Shown piece after piece: positions 12,101-26,289 of a stretch of 64,000 nt of DNA. Within the stretch, counting starts at the first letter, position 1; the number at the start of each line of letters is the position of its first letter. This DNA is from Paraphysomonas bandaiensis (lineage: Eukaryota > Protista > Chrysophyceae): contig CBFFRP010000645.1 in the NCBI GenBank assembly GCA_965644295.1, positions 62,001 through 126,000 of the forward strand, read 5' to 3'. The notes beneath the pieces were generated by a model that saw nothing but the letters and a program-made list of their open reading frames with translations, did no database searches and had not been told where the DNA came from. A program made the translations under genes and the position numbers.

Positions 12101-15100
12101 CGTTTCTGCGACAGCTTGCCCGTCGGCAACCCGAGAGGACCTACGCCATCAAAGTAGATCATGACACAACTCTACCATTGTAGATACCAAACCTGTGAAC
12201 CCAGTAGCCAATTCAACCAGCTGCGCAGTCTCGCTGTGATGGGCAGCATCGGGGCTAAGGGCATTTCCTTTGACGCTTACCCGTGTGCAATGGGCTTTCA
12301 CTATATCAATCATCTTGTAAATCTTGACAGGGCCAGGGCGACAAGGCCTACAGAACAAAAAAAGCAAGCACGAATGAAATATATCAAATTATATGGTAGC
12401 ATAGCTCACCTACTCTGTGCTCCTGAAGGAGGAGCATGAAAAGGGTTCGTGACATCAGAGGCTTGCAGACCAGGCTGCATCACAACTATACGTCCTCCGA
12501 ATCCAAATGACACAACTGGTCCAGGAGCTGGCTTATAGGGGCCTCTTGAGCAGTGGTAGCTCTTAATGACATTATCTGCCGATTGATCCGCGCTCTTATC
12601 GGCGGGGAGAGGCACTGATGGCATGGGAGATTGGTGGTGGAAGTGTGCACCATGAGTTTTCTTGACTTTGCTTTTGGCTGGAGGAATAGTCACATTGGCT
12701 TTCTTTTCTTCGGAACGGGCAGGCTCTGGAGCCGGTTTCTGGTTAGCAGGTACATACCCGTGAGGTGTAGGGATGTGATCCGCCGGTGGAGGAGCCACAG
12801 AAGTACCACCCGCGCTGCTTCTCGGCGCACTTTTGACAGTATGCGACGGCGCGGATTTGCCGGTTGGAGTGTTCATCCTGGGTACTGGGGTGGTGGGTTT
12901 GGGTACAGTCCTCACACCTGGAGCAGATGGTGGAGCAGATGGATTACTCTGTACGACTTCTGGAGCTGGACGATCAAACACATCCACAGCTGTCTTCCCT
13001 TTAGGAAAACCACTGCTTGACCCAGGCGGAGGTGAACAAAACAAATCAGCTCCAGCAGATGACGAGGAGCCAAACAGTCCTGATGATTGAGGCCCCGACG
13101 AAAATAGGCTATCAGCAGTTGAGAAAAGATTGTCGGGAACACTGGCTGGATGAGAAACTGATCGTACTGTTGGTGCTGGCATTTTGGGAATACTCGGCTC
13201 CGAAGAATTCCTACTAATAGTCTCAGAGCCAGTGCAACCGTCATTCTGCGACAATTTTCCAATCACATCTACATGACAAAGTCATCGAAGGGTATGGCAT
13301 TTTAAAGAGGTACACGAAAACATACCTGGCTTATCATCTCCTTTTGGGGAGGAATGCGAGAAGGTGTTAGGAGATGGTACCGTATTTTCAACGACACCTT
13401 GGGAAGGCTGAGGCGCCGTGGAACCGAATGGCACATCATTTACAGGACCAGACCCGAACAATGACGCCGCATCTGCCATGCCCCCGTGCTACAATCACAA
13501 ACATTACTGATGAAAAAGCATAATAATATATTATACCTTGCTCTCAGCGTTGCGCAATGGTGCTGAGGGAGCTTGTGCAGGGTGTGAGCCGAAAGGATCG
13601 GCACCCCCAAACGAAGATGCCCCGAATCCACCTGAATCAGACCCGAAGAGAGAAGACGCATCTGACACAATAGCCACTCGGGTTTTTTGCTTTTGTGCAG
13701 ATGGAGAGGGTGCCGCAGGTGCGGGAGGAAGTTCTGGCAACCCAGTGGAGTTGTCTCCACCAAATAAGCTGGATGCATCGTTAAAAGAAGAATTTCGAAC
13801 CGCTGATTGAGGGGAGGCAACATCAAAATGTGCCCCCGAGCTACTTCTATCACTCTTCTCTTGTACACTAGGTGCAACAGAAGCAACTCCATCAAAGCCC
13901 ACACTATTTCCTCCAAACAAATTTGACGCATCGTTAAACGACTTAATTCGTTCAGGGGGATTACACGGCGATTTAACACCCGGTCCAGTAGCACCAAATG
14001 AGTTCTGCCTTTCAGTCACCGGAGCATTGCCGAACAATTCATTGCCATCAACTTTCTCTGACTCTGCCGGAGGTGTGCTACCAAACAACTGATCCTGCTT
14101 ACCACTCTCTGGAGCACTGCCAAATAACTCACTACCACCACCACTGACTGAATCTGCTGGAGGTGCATTACCAAACAGCTCCTGCTTACCACTCTCTGGA
14201 GCACTGCCAAATAACTCACTACCACCACCACTGACTGAATCTGCTGGAGGTGCATTACCAAACAGCTCCTGTTTATCACTCACTGGAGCACTGCCGAATA
14301 ACTCCTGTTTATCACTCTCTGGAGTACTGCCAAATAACTCACTACCACAACCACTGACTGACTCTGCCGGAGGTGCGTTACCAAACAACTGATCCTGCCT
14401 ACCACTCTCCGGAGTACTATCGAATAACTCCTCCTGTTTATCACTCACTGGAGTACAACCGAATAACTCATGTTTATCACTCTCTGGAGCATTGCCAAAT
14501 AACTCACTACCACCACCACTGACTGAATCTGCCGGAGGTGCGTTACCAATTAACTCCTGTTTATCACTTTCTGGAGTACTATCGAATAACTCCTCCTGTT
14601 TATCACTCACTGGAGTTCTACCGAATAACTCCTGTTTACCACTCTCTGGAGTACTGCCAAATAACTCACTACCACCACCACTGACTGAATCTGCCGGAGG
14701 TGCGTTACCAAATAACTCCTGCTTATCACTTTCTGGAGTACTACCGAATAACTCCTGTTTATCACTCACTGGAGCACTGCCGAATAACTCCTGTTTATCA
14801 CTCGCTGGAGCACTGCCAAATAACTCACTACCACGACCACTGACTGACTCTGCCGGAGGTGCGTCACCAAATAACTCCTGTTTATCACTCACTGGAGCAT
14901 TGCCGAATAACTCCTGTTTATCACTCTCTGGAGTACTGCCAAATAACTCACTACCATTACCCTTGTCTGGCTCTGCTGGAGGTGCATCACTAAATAACTC
15001 CGGCTTATCACTCACTGGAGCACTGCCGAATAACTCCTGTTTATCACTCTCTGGAGCACTGCCAAACAATTCATTTGCATCACCCTTGTCTGACTCTGCC

Positions 15101-16979
15101 GGAGGTGCGTTACCAAATAACTTCTCCTGTTTATCACTCACTGGAGCACTGCCGAATAACTCCTGTTTATCACTCACTGGAGTATTGCCGAATAACTCCT
15201 GTTTATCACTCACTGGAGCACTGCCGAATAACTCCTGTTTATCACTCTCTGGGGTACTGTCAAATAATTCACTATCACCACCACTGACTGAATCTGCCGG
15301 AGGTGCGTTACCAAATAACTCCTGGTTATCACTCTCTGGAGTACTGCCGAATAACTCACTATTACCACCTTTGTCAGACTCTGCCGGAGGTGCGATACCA
15401 AATAACTCCTCCTGTTTATCACTTTCTGGAGCACTGTCGAACAACACCTTCCTATCGCTCGACGGGGCACTGTCGGTATCCTCCTTCTCGCTTTCTGGAG
15501 GACTGCCGAACAACTCCTGCTTTTCACTAACTGGGGTACTGGTGAACAAATCCTCCTGCCTATCGGTCACTGGAGTGCTATCGAACGCCTCACTACCACC
15601 ACCACTGTCTGACTCTGAAGGAGGTACACTTCCAAACAACTCAGTGTCACCACCCTTGTCGGACCCTGCCGGTGATGCGCACCCATATAACTCCTTCTGT
15701 TTATCGCTCTCTCGAGTGCTGCCAAATAACTCACTACCACCACCATTGTCTGGCTCTCCCGGAGGTGATATACCAAATAACTCCTGTTTACCACTTACTG
15801 GAGCACTGCCGAACAACTCCTCCTGCTTGTCACTTACCGGAACACTGCCGAACAACTCATTGCCATCACCCTCGGCTGACTCGGACGGAGGTACGCTTCC
15901 AAACAGCTCCTGCTTATCACTCACTGGAGTGCTGTTGAACACCTCACTGGTACCACCATTGCCTGATTGTTTCTGGGGTGATGATTCTGTTTGCGGTGCA
16001 CTACCAAATAATTCCTGTTTCTCACTGTTGTGGATATTTCCAACCAACTCCTCTTGCTTATCACTAGCGAAAACATTAGAAACCAACTCGTTTTCAACGC
16101 CATTTCCTGACTCTACCGGAGGTGAAGTTTCAGCTAAAGCACCAGTACACAACTTTTGTTGTTCAGTGCCAAGAGGACTGCTAATACCATTTCCTGAATT
16201 TTCTGAAGAAAACGACATGTCTCCAGCAGTCGTACTGTCATGGGCTGATGGTACTGAGTCAAGTTGAATGCTAGCTGGCTTTTCTGGCTGGCTCTGCTGT
16301 TCTTTATCCACTGTGGCGATGTTGCTATCAGATTTCTGGAGATGAGAAGTGGCGGGAATCTCAGATGCAACTTTGGACACTATATCCGTGCTATAGAAAA
16401 TATATCAGTATAATCAATCAATTATATATGAAGTACCTGTTCATACTACTGTAACTACTTTTTAAACTATTCAATGGTTGCAGATCCTCCAATAGACCTT
16501 CTTGATCATCAAATGCATGTATAAAACTAGTAATATTCTCAGCAGGTGGTGCAGAAAATGTCTTATGAGCACGTGATTCAGGTGAATCAGTAAATGATGA
16601 GCTTGTAGATTGAAAAGGATCAGATGTATTGGATGTTGTTGGCACTACTTTTGGTTTTTTTGGTTTATTGTGTCCAAATGAGAGCTTTTCAGCATCTAAA
16701 AATATATAACTTAAATATATATATACGTGTATATCTATACATACTTATCTACACATATATATACATATATCTATATATACACAGACATCTACACATAAAT
16801 ACACACATATATACAGTCATATACACACACAGATATATACATATACACATATATACACACATACATACAGACATATACATATCTATATAATCACCTCGTG
16901 CGTTATCTTTCTTTTTCTTTATAGCAGCTTGTCTTAATTCTTCTGCACGTGTTGTTTTTGGATATAAAGGTTTTGACAT
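9134..16979 (-). CDS. SEC16: COPII coat assembly protein Sec16 (multi-exon)
   Basis: PVVSFGFGGRIV motif, then the central conserved domain (IESLLLSGRRSEAVDVATDAEDWPLAIIIS, WKRNLSAVLSN, AAHVAYL, TEIFEWC, PYKVRLAIALADMG). Pro/Ser-rich flanks. First exon 16979-16895, next exon from 16695. Confidence 0.85.
14020..16020 (-). repeat. Coding tandem repeat in SEC16: about 45 units of 13-19 aa with (S/D)KQELFG(S/N)(A/T)P core
   Basis: Visible in ORF 13531..16380. About 34 exact ELFG by manual count, plus variants. Confidence 0.95.
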
Positions 16980-17054
16980 TACAAATTAGATCACTATATA
17001 TATATATATAAACAAATAGGTGTGATATATTATGGAATGTATGTACTGAGAGGT

Positions 17055-17156
17055 GTATGTATGTATGTATGTATGTATGTATGTATGTATGTATGTATGT
17101 ATGTATGTATGTATGTATGTATGTATGTATGTATGTATGTATGTATGTATGTATGT
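17055..17156. repeat. (TATG)n microsatellite
   Basis: Direct reading. Confidence 0.97.
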
Positions 17157-17294
17157 GTGTGTGTATGTATGTGTGTGTCACCTTACTACCACTTTTACTG
17201 TATATATGATGCATATACAGAGTACATACACAGTAGATCGTAGTGTGTTGAAGTGTTGATCAACAGACATACTGTACATGCATACACACATATA

Positions 17295-17750
17295 TACATA
17301 CATACATACATACATACATACATACATACATACATACATACATACATACATACACACATATATACATACATACATACATACATACATACATACATACATA
17401 CATACATACATACATACATACATACATACATACATACATACATACATACATACATACATACATACATACATACATACATACATACATACATACATACATA
17501 CATACATACATACATACATACATACATACATACATACATACATACATACATACATACATACATACATACATACATACATACATACATACATACATACCTA
17601 CATACATACATACATACATACATACATACATACATACCTACATACCTACATACATACATACATACATACATACATACATACATACATACATACATACATA
17701 CATACATACATACATACCTACATACATACTGTACATACATACATACATAC
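17295..17750. repeat. (CATA)n microsatellite, about 450 bp
   Basis: Direct reading. Confidence 0.97.
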
Positions 17751-17829
17751 AGCCCACTATATATATATATTTATATTCACACTATTCGAGCATTCTCGTC
17801 CCACTACTTTCCCAATAAAATCATAATCA

Positions 17830-20800
17830 ATGGCAACAGATCTAAACTCATCCAGCCCCATTAGTGTGGATAAACTGAAAGAAGATGGTAAAGTAGAGCT
17901 GCTCGATATATTAGAGTCGGTACGTGTATGTACCTGTATATCTATCTGTGTATCTCCATATATATCTATCTGTGTATCTACCTACAGAGCTATCTGTGTA
18001 TCTACCTACAGAGCTATCTGTGTATCTACCTACAGAGCTATCTGTGTATCTACCTATATATCTATCTGTGTATATACCTACAGAGCTATCTGTGTATGTA
18101 CCTATGTAGCTATCTGTCTAACTCCCAAAATATATATCTGTATATCTACCTACAGAGCTATCTGTATATGTACCTATATATCTATCTGTATATCTACCTA
18201 CAGAGCTATCTGTATATGTACCTATATATCTATCTGTGTATCTACCTACAGAGCTACCTGTGTATCTACCTACAGAGCTATCTGTGTATCTACCTACAGA
18301 GCTATCTGTGTATCTACCTACAGAGCTATCTGTGTATCTACCTATATATCTATCTGTGTATATACCTACAGAGCTATCTGTGTATGTACCTGTATAGCTA
18401 TCTGTCTAACTCCCAAAATATATATCTGTATATCTACCTACAGAGCTATCTGTATATGTACCTATATATCTATCTGTATATCTACCTACAGAGCTATCTG
18501 TATATGTACCTATATATCTATCTGTGTATCTACCTACAGAGCTATCTGTGTATCTACCTATATATCTATCTGTGTATATACCTACAGAGCTATCTGTGTA
18601 TGTACCTATGTAGCTATCTGTCTAACTCCCAAAATATATATCTGTATATCTACCTACAGAGCTATCTGTATATGTACCTATATAGCTATCTGTCTAACTC
18701 CCAAATTATATATCTGTATATCTACTTACAGAGCTATCTGTGTATCTACCTATATATCTATCTGTGTATCTACCTACAGAGCTATCTGTGTATGTACCTA
18801 TGTAGCTATCTGTGTATCTACCTACAGAGCTATCTGTATATGTACCTATATATCTATCTGTGTATCTACCTACAGAGCTATCTGTGTATCTACCTATATA
18901 TCTATCTGTGTATATACCTACAGAGCTATCTGTGTATGTACCTATGTAGCTATCTGTCTAACTCCCAAAATATATATCTGTATATCTACCTGTATAGCTA
19001 TCTGTATATGTACCTATATATCTATCTGTATATCTACCTACAGAGCTATCTGTATATGTACCTATATATCTATCTGTGTATCTACCTACAGAGCTATCTG
19101 TGTATCTACCTATATATCTATCTGTGTATATACCTACAGAGCTATCTGTGTATGTACCTGTATAGCTATCTGTCTAACTCCCAAAATATATATCTGTATA
19201 TCTACCTACAGAGCTATCTGTATATGTACCTATATAGCTATCTGTCTAACTCCCAAATTATATATCTGTATATCTACTTACAGAGCTATCTGTGTATCTA
19301 CCTATATATCTATCTGTGTATCTACCTACAGAGCTATCTGTGTATGTACCTATATATCTATCTGTGTATCTACCTACAGAGCTATCTGTGTATCTACCTA
19401 TATATCTATCTGTGTATATACCTACAGAGCTATCTGTGTATGTACCTATGTAGCTATCTGTCTAACTCCCAAAATATATATCTGTATATCTACCTACAGA
19501 GCTATCTGTATATGTACCTATATAGCTATCTGTCTAACTCCCAAATTATATATCTGTATATCTACTTACAGAGCTATCTGTGTATCTACCTATATATCTA
19601 TCTGTGTATCTACCTACAGAGCTATCTGTGTATGTACCTATGTAGCTATCTGTGTATGTACCTATGTAGCTATCTGTCTAACTCCCAAAATATATATCTG
19701 TATATCTACCTACAGAGCTATCTGTGTATGTACCTGTATAGCTATCTGTATATCGACCTATATATCTATCTGTATATCTACCTGTATATCTATCTGTGTA
19801 TCTACCAATAGAGCTATCTGTGTATGTACCTATGTAGCTATCTGTATATCTACCTACAGTGATATCTGTGTATCTTCCTATAGAGCTATCTGTATATCTA
19901 CCTACAGAGATATCTGTGTATGTGCCTATATATCTATCAGTATATCTACCTGCAGAGCTATCTGTGTATCTACCTACAGAGCTATCTGTGTATGTACCTA
20001 TATAGCTATCTGTCTAACTCCCAAAATATATATCTGTGTATCTTCCTATAGAGCTATCTGTATATCTACCTACAGAGCTATCTGTATATCTAGCTTTATA
20101 TCTATCTGTGTATCTTCCTATAGAGCTATCTGTATATCTACCTACAGTGATATCTGTGTATCTACCTATAGAGCTATCTGTGTATGTACCTATATAGCTT
20201 TCTGTCTAACTCCCAAAATATATATCTGTATATCTACCTGTATAGCTATCTGTATATCTACCTATATATATATCTGTGTATCTCCTTATATATCTATCTA
20301 CATATCTGCCTATATAGCTATCTCTGTATCTACTTATATATTTACCTTCAGAACTACCTGTATAACTACACTAGCCGTATAGCTATATAACTAACTGTAT
20401 AGCAATATTACTATATAACTACTAGCTACTACTATCTGTATATCTATACAACTATTGAAAAATTATATACCTATGCATCTATAAAACTACATATCTCCCT
20501 ATGTAACTATATTACTACACATCTATCGGTATTTATTTAAACTTATGCAACTATTAACTTCCTACATAACTGTAGAACTCTCTGCATAGCTGTGCAGCTA
20601 TATAGCGATGCAACTCTTTAAGTACATGGCTCAATGCCGATTTTACTATACAACTATAGCTGCATTGTTATCAATATAGCTATAAAGTAATCTACGCAAC
20701 TATGAAACTATATACCAATGAAACTACATAATTATATATCTTTACTACATATATCTATAGCTATCTATATAACGTATGTGCTGATCTTACTATCTAACCG

Positions 20801-23800
20801 TATACACAACTGTATGACAACCTCTGTACACAGCACTCTAGATACTGTATATGCGATGTGCTATGTAGAATATATAATGTAAGCGTTACTAATGCTATTT
20901 TTAAGCTTCGTGGTCGAAAATGCTTGGTACTAGATGTGTTAATAGGGGGGTTACTAAACCATATCATTCCTGAGGGGTCGAAAATGTTAAAGGTAAGAGT
21001 AATAGGAATATCAGTTGTTATCTAATTGGGTCGATATCAGGAAAATGGCGTACAATACTTTCGAGAACTGAAAGGTGAACTAGGAGACTTTGTATCGGAC
21101 TCTGGACGAGATATTCCAGACCACATTGTGTATTTGACGAGACCGTCTATTGCCCACATGAAAATTATTGCGAGACAAGTACAAGCTTGTATGAAAGCAG
21201 GTATTCATATTTATTTCACGAATGTTTGTATCCTACTGAACTTGCTTGTGATAAACTGCTGTACGAACAGGTATACGTAGCCAGTACCATGTGTTTTTCA
21301 TGCCACACCGGTCAGTGGCTTGCGAGCAGATGCTGGAGGATGAGGGTGTTCTAGAGGTTATCAATATTGGTAGGTCACTGAAGTTTTCCTATGCATATAA
21401 ATATATATGTGAATTATATAGGATAATTATGAGTTTATTGCCTTCGTTTTGTCAATGTGTTTACATTCGATTTTGCTGTCATATATAGGTGAATACCACC
21501 TTGGTCTTGTACCCTTCGATACAGATATTCTATCACTCGAAATTAGTGATCTATACAAACAGGTAATGAATTCAAAATTGTTAGGATTTCATAAACGATG
21601 CAATTTTTACATTGACGGTGACTGCAAACATGATGTTCCTTGTTGTGGTATATTCCATCTAATTTTTCATCTAGTGTTATGTGGATGGCGATTCCTCACA
21701 ATTGGCTGCCGTATCTCGTGCATTGCACAAAATTCAGACGATATATGGGACTATTCCAAATATAAAAAGCAAAGGCGCGGCTTCGAGAAAGGTGATCTGT
21801 GTTCAGCATGGACTTGTATTGTGGTTAATGCATATGTATAGGTTCTCCAGAAGTTACTCCGGCTACGTAGAGAGGAATTTGATTGTCATACAAGACCCAC
21901 TGATGGTGATGTACTGGGAAGCCAGCCTGCGATAGATACCTTGGTTCTCATAGATAGGTCCACGACTTCGTACTCTGTGCTCTGTGTCGTCTGTATGTAA
22001 CAGTATCTTGAATGTCTATAGGGAGGTCGATCTATTTAGCGCGCTGTTGACACCCCTAACCTACGAGGTGGACACTGCATTCATATGAAGTCATGTGATG
22101 TCCCTATCCCCTCAATATCATATATACAGGGTCTTGTGGATGAAATACTAGGAATAGATAACGGCAGGGTGAAGGTTGATGCCTCTGTATTGGGCGATGA
22201 GAAAGATCAGGTGAACACTCCTGATATGGCATAGCGTTTTCTACTTCGAAAGTACATTGTCATTATGCCTATTGTTGTCGATATTTGACATTAATTGGGA
22301 TGTGCGGTGTAGCTTAATATTCCAGCTATGCCGGGTATGAGTAAACAACAACAGGCTCAGGTGATGGCTGCCACTGCAGTGTCTGAACCGAAGCGAGTTC
22401 CAGGAGAAAAGGTGTGTTACTTTCGTCATCTGTATTGTGTGTGGAGCAGTAAAGGACTTGTTGTACCACGAGTGTTTTGCAGTGAGTTTGGGGTGGTATT
22501 GCTAATGCACTTACAGGTGTCATTGCCAATGCATAGTTCCGACATGATTTTCAGCGAAATCCGCGATCTATCCATCGAAGCTCTGGGTCCTTTCCTTCAG
22601 GTTCATCGATGTGTATCATGTAGAATTATCTGACGTTGTCACAATGTAGGAGAAGGCTATTATGATTCGTAAGCGTTATGCAGATTTCCGGTACGCATTA
22701 TTGATATCTTGTTAACTGTACTTTCCGGTGTATAAACCCAATATTGTGGATATATATGTCTTGCGTTGAGAGTTTATGGTTTTAGAGATAACAAAGACGC
22801 GTCAATATCTGAGATACACGACTTTGTGAAAAAGATTCCCCAGCTAACGAAGGAATACAAGGCTCTGAATCAGGTGCTATACATTCATGTTCAGCCGATT
22901 TTCTGCTAATTTATCTTTCGCAGCATATCAACATTGCTGAACTTATCAAGAGAACGACTGACAGCCCTGAATTTCGGTATGTCGGTGCCTATGTAGTCTT
23001 CATTGATAGTAGTACGTTGACATCTGGATTTAACATTTATACACGGCTTGCAAACGACTACCGCTTACACTCATGCAGGGAGCACTGGCAAACAGAGCGT
23101 GGTATCCTTGAGGGAGAGATGTACACTGACCAGGTGGAAGAGCTCATAGCCACCGACACGGAAAGGTATAGACCAAATAGATTCAGGAAACCAAGTCATA
23201 CTTTCGTCATTTCTCACACTACCTTCTTGCTAATTGGCTTTTTAATATAGACTAAATTCCGTTGTTGTAAATGTTTGTTTCTCAGGGCAAATTTCTTCAA
23301 GGCTTTGAGGCTGTTATGTCTTATATCGCTGACCGGTGGGGGGATCAAGGCCTCTAAGTATGATACTGTGAGTATATGTAGCTGAGTTATATTTTGAGTG
23401 ATTGGTGTGAATTAGATTCGAAGACTTTTGGTCCACACTTACGGGTATGAACACCTTTTTACACTCGCAAATCTGGAGAAAGCAGGTGGATGTATACAGT
23501 GTATAAGCACTGTGTGTGGTGTACTTATTCATGATACAGGTCTGCTGAAGAGAAAGGAGTCAGTGCTACTAGATACTTCGTCTTCGGCATCTTCGCCCAC
23601 CTGGATTACTTTACGTAAACATTTACGGTACCTTATGTTTCCATCGCGGGTTTGTATTTTATTTCTATTGTGTGTAGATTAATCAACGAGCGAGTTAATG
23701 TTGCCCGCCCGGACGACATCGCGTATGTTACTGCTGGTAAAGTTTCCTGCATTGCCATGTTATTTTCTGACAATGTAAACAGGATATGCTCCGTTACTTG

Positions 23801-24482
23801 TGAGACTGGTTCAGTCTATTGTCTCCCCAGGTACTGCTTTGTACCACCATTTACAACCAACCACTGACCTTGTTATTTAGGGTGGGCGGCAGTCAGCTCT
23901 GGAGAGGCCATGAAACTACTTCCAGGTATGCGTTTATGGTACATATAGTGAATTGGAAGGTATATGACGTTTCTGTTACAGGTCCAATGCTGGAGTTTTC
24001 ACAGAGTGTGACTGTAGCGGAGGAGCTTGATGAAGTGCTGGCTAGGTAACGTGTCTACTGTACTATACAAAGAGGATCGCCCTATCATCTTCTGCACGAT
24101 ATGTGTGATGTAAAACAGTTGTAGCGGTACTCTCTAATATCAGTGACTTAGGTCAAAAGGAACCGCTGCGGCGGAAGCGTCTGCTTCTGGTGAAGCTGCA
24201 ACCAGCCCTGGAGCTCTTCCGTTTCTTCCTGAAGATGACATGGGGGCAACTGGGCCAGCAGGAAGTAGAAAGAAAGTCATGCTGGTTTTCGTTACAGGTG
24301 GTCTGACATTTCTGGAGATAGCTGCTATGAGATACCTCTCAGGGGATCCTACTTTTCCCTATACGGTACCTGTTGTCTATAAAACTTATATGTTTTTGTA
24401 ATAGTTAACGTAGATTTTGATGGCCACAACTGCTATTGTTAACGGGAACTCGCTATTGGAGTCTCTGTCGTATGAATTTTGA
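17830..24482 (+). CDS. VPS33: Vacuolar protein sorting 33 (Sec1/Munc18 family), many exons
   Basis: Exon 1 (17830-17919) splices to 20906, giving LLDILES|LRGRKCLVLD. Later motifs: LVPFDTDILSLE, LIDREVDL..LLTPLTYEGLVDE, TYGYEHLFTLANLEKAG, DIAYVTAGYAPL, VFVTGGLTFLEIAAMR, TTAIVNG. TGA at 24480-24482. Confidence 0.93.
17920..20400. repeat. 24-bp minisatellite (TCTACCTACAGAGCTATCTGTGTA and variants) filling VPS33 intron 1 (17920-20905)
   Basis: 24-bp periodicity. Blocks recur at an 840-bp offset (18541-18800 versus 19381-19640). Confidence 0.95.
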
Positions 24483-25699
24483 TAAAATAAATGATATAAT
24501 TTCTATGTAGTCTTGGAGTTCGTTGTGATGTAGATTGCAGTCAAGGTTGTTGCTTTATTTCCATAATAATGCCACAATTTATTACAAACAGGGCGAAAGA
24601 CTGCCGCAGTATGTTATTCACGGTACACCGTGTCCTCTTTATGAAAACTGCTGGCGTCATGTCTGTACATCAGGGCTGTATAATATTGAATTGGTTTTCA
24701 ATTATAATAATTGCTATTATAATATTATTGTTGACTACAACCTGTGTCAATTAATAGAGAATTAATTGTTACGCAGTCATGCCATCGCACAGAGTGTTTT
24801 TATTGATTGTTGAGTATTACTGAAGACTGCTGTCAGAGCAATTAAATTCTGGAAAAGATTTTTTATTTTGGTAAGTTTCGCCCGATTCTTGAAATTTGGA
24901 CTTGGAACGATGATACTCCTTATCCCTGGTGAAATTGTAGCTTTTTCTCATGATGTTAAAAACCTAATATATCTAGAATGCCTAGCTATTTGTAGCTTGC
25001 TTGCTGTGAGAGGAAAGACGTCCTCTTTGACCCCTGACAACTGACAGCTGATTAGTATTGAGAAAACAAATGAAAAATCAAAATCAAATATTGTTTCAAT
25101 TCAATGTGTAGCAAATTTGGATGTGACAAGTATGGGTGACTTAGGAGGTTATTATGGCACAAGAATAAGGAAGGAGTAGTGTAGGTTGAGATGAGACGTA
25201 GCGGTAGTTATATTCAGATTAGAAGATATGAGTAGTAAGGCCGGGTATAGGGTTGGAGTGTACTGGGACTATGTAACGGACGTTATGGTAACCCGTTCAG
25301 TAATATGATGGTATACGTAGATACGTAGGTACTCTGTAGGATGATATGAGAGTAGGTAGCCCTCGAGGCTACTCCACTATTACACCATTTCCCCGAGAAC
25401 CACTTCCCAAGTAATTCATCCACATAATACGAGCTGATAAGATGGCTGAACTCTGCATCAGTTCAGGCCTGTAGGTCTCTCTTGACAACAACAGCCTCAA
25501 CCTCATCATCGATAGTATTCCATCACATGAGGAAATACTCTTTCACCCCCATCTTTCACTCCCATCTTTCACTCCCATCCACCGTGCTCACACTACATGC
25601 ACACGCGATAGTAGACATCATTCTTAAAATTAGGCGGAATCTCTTCAGAGGGTTCATTCATTCATTAACCACAATACACTGTAACATGTCACAAATCGA

Positions 25700-26190
25700 A
25701 GTGATCTTTTCCAGTCTAACTTTTCTTCTTTTTAGTAAATTCGCCTTAAAACCCCCGTCTTTTGTAAATAGTACAGACTTTATTTTCTATATATGCTTCT
25801 ACTGTACAAGGCAAGCCCTACAAGTCGCATGGACTCTTGTTTCTATGTCCAGTTAACACTCCAATGATCAAACTTCAGCAGTTCTTTCCAACTACCATCC
25901 GCTATCATGTCAAGTTATAACACAATTGGATGGTTTACTAAGTTAGCTGGATGACTGGATGTGTATTCACTCATTACTCTTGTTATTAATATTATAATCA
26001 ATATCTCTTCTCATTCATCAATTTCATGTTATCTCTACGACCAATTATTTCTCGTACGATCTTACATCACCACTACCTTGTTCCATCAATATATATTCAG
26101 TTTCATTACTACAGTAGCTATCATGTTGTTAGTTCTCATACTGTGTTAACTACTATTGTATTATTCGACTATCGGTCATAATTCAAATAC
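25700..26190. mobile_element. Degraded LTR-retrotransposon relic / dispersed repeat
   Basis: PBS-like TGATAGCGGATGGTAGTTG on the minus strand at about 25889-25907, next to ...TGACA, and nearly identical to 54859-54878. Segment 25970-26100 matches the reverse complement of about 55215-55350 (shared ATTTCTCGTACGATCTTAC). Confidence 0.5.
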
Positions 26191-26289
26191 CTTAGAGTTA
26201 CAGCTTTTAATTGCTCAAACAGCAAAACTAAACACACCTCCAGCAGCAGTATATCATCCAGTCTTAACCCCCAACAGCCACTACTAATA

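Noticed and set aside
14492-16267. 591-aa plus-strand ORF (LPNNSCLSL repeats, superficially LRR-like)
   Set aside because: Antisense of the SEC16 repeat; it is open because the repeat unit has no stop in that frame.
17022-17864. MYVC/HTYI-repeat ORFs (also at 45.6-46.1 kb and 56.6-57.0 kb)
   Set aside because: Translations of (CATA)n microsatellites.
17830-20382. 850-aa Cys-rich ORF as a real protein
   Set aside because: Read-through of VPS33 exon 1 into the intronic satellite. A GT donor at 17920 and an in-frame junction to 20906 restore the conserved VPS33 sequence.
25400-25600. Possible chromodomain-like remnant (GVKEYFLM*W) on the minus strand
   Set aside because: Too short and interrupted to support.
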